A stretch of DNA of 41,790 nucleotides. It comes from Octopus bimaculoides. Taxonomy: Eukaryota. Position numbers and translations under genes: made by a program. Shown here in pieces: positions 33,988 to 41,790 of this stretch (its first letter is position 1; every line of letters begins with the position of its first letter). The stretch spans positions 36,210,838 through 36,252,627 of the forward strand of contig NC_068988.1 of the NCBI RefSeq assembly GCF_001194135.2, read 5' to 3'. The notes under the pieces are model-generated. The model was not told the DNA's origin. It saw only the letters and a program-made list of their open reading frames with translations, and ran no database searches.

Positions 33988-34306
33988 NNNNNNNNNNGTG
34001 TGTGTGCGTGTGTGTGTGTGTGTGTGTGTGCGTGTGTGTGTGTATGGATGTGTGTATGTATGTATGTATGTATGTATGTGTACATATAAACGAAATATAT
34101 CATTTGATTCTTATTAAATTCTGTTTCAATTTTGAGTAACTTTTAAGTATTGAATTATATCTTCCACAACTGAACTGTAAAAATCTCATTACATTTCTAT
34201 TACTTGAATTTCAGAGTTATATGTGCCTAAATATATGTATGCATGCATGTATGTATGTATGTATGTATGTATGTATGTATGTATGCATGTATGTGCTTGT
34301 TCTTAT

Positions 34307-34470
34307 ATGGAGACGCGCGGCGTAATGGCTACAACCAATGTGGATTTTGATTCGTGGACTTCTTTGTTCCATTCACTGGCAGATCTGAGTAATTCTACGA
34401 CAGACTGGAGTCCCGTTTAGTAGACTCTATGGTTCATAGAATCTAGGAATCGGCCTTATGAGCCTTTAGT
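34307..34470 (+). mobile_element. Degenerate SINE remnant
   Basis: ggagacgcgcggcgtaatggcta head-like sequence; gactggagtccc and ccggccttatgagcct-like segments are loosely similar to 30071-30240. Confidence 0.35.
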
Positions 34471-35154
34471 TCGGGAAAGAAGTTTGATAGATTCCGTAGG
34501 AGTTTCCCAAAGAATGTTGGGCAGTAGTATGTATAGATATGTCTGCTTCAGACACTAATCTTTTGCACTGAAATATACAATATATCGACATCATGATTGG
34601 GAGAAATATTGTAAATATTAATACAGCGAAAGAAAAGCACAAAAATACCAAGTTGATGACCGATATAATACTGAACTATATTTTTATTGAGGTAGATTGG
34701 CTGCATTGTATAACTACTGACCACTGTCATTAAACAAATAAATAACTTTCTTCCATAAGAAAAGAGAGGATGCTACAAAGTTAGTTTTGAATATGAACAC
34801 AAATTACCGTTCAATATCTGTGAAAAATTGTTGAAGTAGAAAAAGAAATCGCGGAATTCCATTGATTAATTGTCATACGCTTTTGAGGGACTTCTTATTT
34901 CGTGTATTCTAGAAATAATAGGGGTACGTATGGAATCACCAGTAACAAAGAAGAATATCGAGAATGTCCGAAGCAAATGGAAATCAATTTCATAATTCTA
35001 AACGAGATGGACATTTGGGGGGAAACAAATAATAGCCTATCACTTTACAAGTGGAATATTCCAATTTGATACATCTTCATTTCTTGATTTCTGTGCCATC
35101 AACCAGAGTGTTTCATATATGTACGTATATATAAATATATATATGTTTTAATGC

Positions 35155-35257
<103 letters not shown>

Positions 35258-35459
35258 AACATGTATATGTATGCATAAACATACATGCATATAAATTCCC
35301 CCGTTATAGATTATTACTTGTGCAGAAAGTAACACATACATCCAGTAAAAACACCAAGTGAACTTTGAAAACACAGCTGGTTCTAAATGTTGATTACTGG
35401 CAAAACTATTCTTTAACTGAAAACTCTAGGTGAACTAAGGCTATTTGCATGTATATCAC

Positions 35460-36400
35460 AATGTTCTGCAGCCGGGCGTTCTCGGAAACATACGTAAGTT
35501 AGCACCGATAACAAGCAAACACATTAAGTATGGTAATGCACAATGGCAAATAATTTTCCAGGTTAAATCATGAGAAGTAAGGTAGTAAAGACAAAGCACA
35601 CTAGTATCATATTAGTTGAAGGAGAAAGCTAACAGTATTAGAAGGAAAAAAGAAGCCACAAGCATAAACATACTTTAAACTAATGATCTAGAAAAATTGC
35701 AATGCACACAAATAAAGGAAATAGTCGGAAAGGAATATAAAAGAACCATTAAATTATTTAAGAAGAAGCATAAAAGAAACATTTCTTTTTAAAAAAGTAC
35801 AGAACTGAACGTAACAATATATACGGTTAAATACATCAATGCTCTAGCTCTAATAATACGTTATAGGTATAATTTTGTCAACTTGACGTTAAACGAATTA
35901 AGAAGACTAGACAGGAAATCAAGAAAAAATAATGACTGCATTTAGAATGCACCATTCCGAAGCTGATTCGGATATAAAAATGTTTATGATGAAAACAGAT
36001 AGGCAAGGGCCTACTGCAAGACAATTATTATATATTTACTGTAGGACAACACAAGTGAATAAGAAGTAAAGGTATTTACAAGATTTGAAGAAAGCAGACA
36101 CAAAACTGCTTTTCGTTTGCAAGATAGAACAACCATAAAATCGTGGTCAATGCAACAGGCAATTGTTAATAGAATAAAGAAACTACCATAAATGCTCAAA
36201 AAATGTGGGAGGAACTAGAAGCTTCATTGAATCTAGGATTGCAAACTTTACATATTCAAAATTTGAAAGGCCCTAAAAAATTTGCAACAGACGAATGAAA
36301 ATTACCTTTCTGGAATAAAGGCCAGAAGTTCGACAGTAAGAATGATGGGACAACATACAAAAAGCACCCTCAGAAATATGTACCATAGGACTTTCAATTT
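35460..36400 (+). mobile_element. Old R4/Dong-like retrotransposon fragment (late RT/thumb)
   Basis: QIKEIVGKEYKRTIK..KSTELN..KYINALA..RY..VNLTLNELRRLDRKSRK and MTAFRMHHSEAD match R4-type KEY.RR..LKSELN..AIN..EL..LDRKTRK..MHHPKAD. Confidence 0.65.
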
Positions 36401-36596
36401 CTTTCCCATTCAGTATAATATCAATCGTACGTACTGAAAATTATATGGGATTAATATAAGCAGGATATCATATGAGACTGATATAAACAGGATATGACAT
36501 AAAGATGACACATTAAGATTGAAGCATATGATCAATAACTTAAAAGCAGAAACTCTAAAATACCTTGTCAGCAGGGAAAAAGAATTAACGGCAAAA

Positions 36597-36651
<55 letters not shown>

Positions 36652-36742
36652 CTTATTTCTTCCTCTTTTCTATCTTCCTCTCTCTCACTTTCTCCTTTTC
36701 TGTATATATGTGTGTGTGTGTCTGTGTGAGTGTGTCTGTATC

Positions 36743-36782
<40 letters not shown>

Positions 36783-37164
36783 NNNNNNNNNNNNNNNNNN
36801 NNNNNNNNNNNNNNNNNNNNNNNNNNNNNNNNNNNNNNNNNNNNNNNNNNNNNNNNNNNNNNNNNNNNNNNNNNNNNNNNNNNNNNNNNNNNNNNNNNNN
36901 NNNNNNNNNNNNNNNNNNNNNNNNNNNNNNNNNNNNNNNNNNNNNNGTGTGTGCGCGTGTACGTGTGTGTGTGTGTTGTGTGTGGCTGTGTGCATGGGCA
37001 TGTATATATATGTATGTCTGACCCGGATGCCATAAGCGATATTAATTCACAATGACTATATATTCTGCATTTAAATATAGTTTCCCGTCTTTTTAATGGA
37101 TTTTAGAGTTTCTACCTTCAAGAGCTTTCTAATATACTGCAATAAGAATCACGTACACCATGCT

Positions 37165-37305
37165 ATAACATTGGTTTCAAATTTTAGCACAAGGCTAGCA
37201 ATTTCGAGGGAGAGAATTGACCACAGTGTTCAACTGCTACTTATTTTATCAACTCGAGAAGGAGGAAAATGAAGGTCGACTGCGGTGCCATTTGAACTCA
37301 GAAAA
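37165..37305 (-). mobile_element. SINE family A fragment
   Basis: tgctacttattttatcaactcgagaagg..aaggtcgactgcggtgccatttgaactcagaa is the reverse complement of the family A B-box and body. Confidence 0.7.
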
Positions 37306-39148
37306 TGCTAATGATACTGTCAGCTCCGTGTCTTAATATGCTATTATATTACTCAAACATTTATAATCACGGCATGATTAAATGAGTGAATCGTCTGTTG
37401 CAACGATCGTATTAAAAGAACAAATATCTCAACATTAGGCTGGTAGTTCGTTTCTTTTTGTGGAGATATATTTATAGTTTGGTAGTATTTGGGAAAATCA
37501 TATGAAAGTTATAGCGAAAATTATTTCTATGTTGTTTTCAAATAATACAAATTCCGCTTCTGATATGTGCAAAAATCGCCGTTGAGTCTCACGTTTGTCT
37601 TTTTTATCCCTGGTGCATTCTAGAAATTCGCAGATTAGTATTTTAGTATATTATTACTATATATCAAGCAACATGTTTTACCCAATTTTGTAATACCAGA
37701 TTGAACGAGACGATTGTAACAGCAATTTTGAACACATCCTACTAAACACTGTTTGTAACAGTTGATAAGTTTGCAGAATGCTGTCGGTACTTTTGAAAGG
37801 TATGCATGCAAAAAACGTTTTGCGTTAAACGGAGCTGATTGACGATTAACATTTTTACAGATACAAGAGATTTAAGAACAGCAGAGAGGAGGTGAGAGAC
37901 ATTGAGAGATGTAATAGGGAGGGGAACACCCGAAAATCAGTGCTGGCTGAGGAAATTTTCAATTTCCAGGATGTAGAGCATGTGTTGATTAATGGCAATA
38001 AGCATATTGTTTGGAGTTGGAGTGGAAATTAAGATTTGTGTAGTTGTAGTAGTACTGTGATTTTACATATTATCATTTGTTAATTTATTTGAATCCCGAA
38101 CTGCGAGCTCTATTATCTTTGCTCAATGTCACGTACTTATATGAATTCCCGTAACTAATTAGATGTATTTTGACACTTCATATTGGAAATAACTAGAAAT
38201 TCTTAAGTTCCATTCGGTTTGCATATTCAAGCAACGCCAATACCAGAGCGTCTAAAACACGCTAAATTCATCTAAAGCATTGCGAAATTCGTTAAATGCC
38301 GACCGAAAGAGTAACTGTTGTGTATCAATCTTCGATACAAGCCTATGCAACCACGATAAGGGACAATAACAACTTAAGGATGACAACAAGAAACAGGCTT
38401 TCTAGTTCAAGTCAATCGAAGGGCGAATTCTCTCCCCTCTCCCACCTGTCTTTTTTTCACTTTTTTCTCCTCTTCTTTTCTTCTCTCCTCTCATCCTGTC
38501 TTCACCTGTTTTGGTAGTTGATGTGTTGAACGCAAACAGACATTTACATTCTAAGGGTCATTCTCTATATTTTCAATCGATCAATCGATCGATTAAGTAA
38601 GATCAATCATAAAAGCACCCAAAATGCATATTAGAAATACTTTTAAGTCTATAATGCACAAATATATGTTTAAGTGCATTATTTCTGTCTTTTTTTCTTA
38701 TGTATGTGTGTGTATGTGTGTGTGCTTATGTTCCTTATGCATTTCAAAACCGAGTTGCCGATTTTGACGTATGGGGTATCAAAAGATTCAGTACTATTTC
38801 CGCTACCAACTAAGCGTTATTTTCATTGCCATATTTGCATTACAAAAATTAAAAATTATAATCTTTTCCATAAATCAACTATCGTAAACATAAGTTCGGC
38901 TCTATTCAAAACATAAAGAAATACATTTTTACGGAATGATCGATTAAAATGCAGAATGAGAAAAAGACAGAGAGACAAGAGAAAGAAACAAAGACAGAAA
39001 ATAAATTTCTATAGAAGTTGAAAGACAGATAGTGGGTGGGACAGACGTTGGTGTTTCAGACCCTATGTATGTTCTATAGTTGAAAGTGAAAGACAGCCAC
39101 CACAAACTTGACACTGTATGTTCTAGAGGTGAAAAAAAGCTAGCACAA

Positions 39149-39212
39149 AGAGAAGGGGAAAGCGGGAGAGAAGGGGAAAGCAGGAGAGAAGGGGAAAGCA
39201 GGAGAGAAGGGG
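39149..39212. repeat. 18-bp minisatellite agagaaggggaaagc(a/g)gg, about 3.5 copies
   Basis: Units start at 39149, 39167, 39185 and 39203. Confidence 0.95.
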
Positions 39213-39839
39213 GTGCCGAGAACCCCAGAAACGAGGTCGTGTTCTACAATTTTCAGAGCATATTCATTTTCGTCCTATGTTTCACGGGTGCGTAGATACA
39301 GACATTGTCTTTCTCATTCAATTTCTCATTGTATTGTATCGAAACCTTATACTGCTAACATATTACAACTTCGCTACATTTCCTTCTTTTGGAATTAGAA
39401 AGGTATACAAAAATAACTTCCTTTGTCGCGCACACACACACACACACACACACACGCACAGAGTTAGAGTTTTGCATGAATTACGTTATTTTTTTGCTGT
39501 GCGCTAAATTACAGCTCAAATCTTATGGAAATTACTTTTTCCTATTCTGTCAATCCTGTTTGTGATGAGCGTATTTGAAAACCTGATCTATTTAAACTTA
39601 CAAGGAAGTTATCTCAGAAAACCTGTCCTTTAACTGTTGTTTTTTGTATGTCCGAGATGACATTTGCATATCCCTCCCAAACACACCCATTTATTTCTTT
39701 CCTCGATTTACTCACATTCCTATGTTTACCATACGGGAGATTTGCATTTCGCCCCAAAACGAAGACATTCTAATTTATCTCCACAAACAAGGGCCACAAA
39801 GAAAACTGCCTCTATTCGTGCTCAGGAAACACACGTCAC

Positions 39840-41258
39840 CGATTCTCAAATATGTGATATTTCAAAACGATCACCGACGGCGGAAGTTCTGCTCTAAACG
39901 GTTTGGGATGAATGCACGATGTCACACCGTGTTGCACTAGAAGCCCTAGATAGGTCACTAAAGAATATTAGAAACAACACTGTGGTTATGGAGGGCTTAA
40001 CTATTGTCCTCGAAGGGGATTTCCATCAAATATGACATCTATACGTGTCTGAAGTCTTCACCTTTGTGGAGATTTGTTTGTAAGCTTTCATTAAGCAACA
40101 ACCACTCCTTAGCTGAGAAATTCTTTCATCAACTTGTACAAATTGGAAATGGCACCTTTGCAATGTGGGCACATGGTGTCTATATTGGCCAAGCTTAAAG
40201 AAATGGTATTTCCTACATTGCAAAACAACTTCAAACACATAGCATGGTTCGCAGAGAGAGCTATTTTAGTACGTCGGAATGAAAGTGTTAATAAAGTAAA
40301 CCAAGAATTCCTCCACATTCTACCTGGAGCTGCTTCAAGGTTTGTCTCCATTGATACTACCCTCGACGAACTTGCTATCCAGTTGTAGTATCCATGAATA
40401 TCCAGATGAATTTCTCAACTCTGTAAAACCAACAAAAACGGCGCCGCATTAGTTGTTCCTCAAGAAAGGTGCTCCTATCATTCTCTTGAAGAATTTTGAC
40501 CCACACGACTCTGCAATTATACAAGATTGACTGTAAACACAATGACAAGTCATGTCCTACAAGGAACCATTTTTACTAGCTGTCATCGAAGAGAGATCGC
40601 ATACATAACACACATTCCCCCTATTCCCTCAAATGTCTCATTTCGCTTCAAGCGCCTCCAGGCCTAAGTGCGATTGTGCTTCGCTATGACAATCAACAAA
40701 GCCCAGGGTCAAACTTTAAAAATTGTGGGTCTCAATTTACAAATACCCTGCTTTTCTCATGGATTACTATGACTCATGCTCTCTAGTTAGCAGTGCAGGT
40801 GGCCTGCATATTTATTCCACCAACACCGAACTTACGCAAAACATAGTTTACCCAGAAGCATTGTTGGCTTCACTCAACATATTTTGAAGTGTACTGTCTG
40901 CCCCAAATTACAGAGATGGTGCTGTTCACAATGAAGTAGCTTTCCTTCCACGTACCTTATTTTTGCAATACGGATACATCTAAGTCCACATACGTCATCC
41001 AATTCTTTTAATCTGTAAGTCTAGATCATTTTGGGAGCAATGTTAGTATTTCATTCTAATCTAAGCTGGCATTCTCCATGTTTTTGATGTCAACAATTTC
41101 AGCATTGTTCTTCACAAACTGGACCAAAACCCTTGTTTATAAAGAAGAGTTGTTTGCTTTATACTCCACGTGAGCTGATACTACCTATAAGAAAGTAACA
41201 AATAATGCAATGTGGCTGTAGATCATAACAACAGGCCAGCGCCGGGATGCATTGCTAG
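39840..41258 (+). mobile_element. Helitron remnant: PIF1-like helicase pseudogene plus 3' terminus
   Basis: CDISKRS..VWDECTMSHRVALEALDRSL (39901-), GDFHQ (40015-), [56 protein letters not shown] (40680-), CFSHG, TQNIVYPEAL (to about 40863). Imperfect hairpin caggc-cagc-gccgg (41232-41245), then CTAG 41255-41258 followed by T. Confidence 0.9.
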
Positions 41259-41274
41259 TGTATGTGTGTGTGTG

Positions 41275-41322
<48 letters not shown>

Positions 41323-41494
41323 NNNNNNNNNNATATATATAATGTCCTGTACCCAGATATGCACCTATACATACAGGTGGATGTCGGTACGCACATACCT
41401 GTACGTATATATGCATATACTCATTTACTATTTGTTTTTATATGACTGAACGCAGCGTCTCCAAATCGTAAGTAGTTTTTCGTAAACTTATATT

Positions 41495-41730
41495 TTCCGA
41501 CGCTACTCTATCTCTTTCTCTTCCTCTATCATTTTCCCCCCTCTCGTTCTTCCTCTTTACTACTACGTATCTCGCTTTACCCCTCTCGTTCTTCCTCTGT
41601 TACTTCTACGTATCTCTTTTTTTCCCCCTCGTACTTCCTCTCTTTGTCTTTTCCTCTCGTTGCTCACCTATTCTTCTACTTCCTCCCTTTGTTTCTCCCT
41701 CTACCACTCTCTCTCTTCCCCTTACACCGG
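41495..41730. repeat. Polypyrimidine tract with a ~42-44-bp unit in about 2.5 copies
   Basis: cccctctcgttcttcctct..tac..ctacgtatctc starts at 41538 and 41580, partial near 41624. Confidence 0.85.
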
Positions 41731-41790
41731 CATGGTCACATGCTTCCAGTCAATAATCCTTTTCTTCCTTGGTTATCGCCGAGCAAACAC

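Noticed and set aside
38255-38320. Hairpin gcatt..aatgc followed by GAAA, as a possible decayed hammerhead
   Set aside because: The upstream core reads ctaaa rather than CTGANGA, and stems I and III cannot be formed.
39662-39747. Two ATTTGCAT octamers 78 bp apart, as a possible snRNA distal element
   Set aside because: The octamer occurs at several other places in this AT-rich window, and no snRNA sequence follows.

Overview
Non-coding, AT-rich eukaryotic DNA with dense microsatellites and ten N-gaps, nearly all beside simple repeats. The SINE families and repeat landscape suggest an octopod cephalopod (inference; no database search was possible). I can support no intact host gene, rRNA, tRNA gene or CRISPR array. 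The window is a layered graveyard of mobile elements: several tRNA-derived SINE families, three mariner and two Tc1 remnants, an L1/Tx1 fragment, a HERO-like element split by a 1.37-kb inverted-repeat-bounded insert, four R4/Dong-like fragments (three close to (TAA)n tracts) and a Helitron helicase remnant with a hairpin-CTAG 3' end. The main result is three minimal type I hammerhead ribozyme motifs of the kind associated with Penelope-like elements. One has a canonical core and an unusually long stem II (814-907). The other two are U4C-variant copies placed back-to-back inside a 147-bp-arm palindrome (19141-19459). Coordinates of degenerate elements are approximate and were read by eye.
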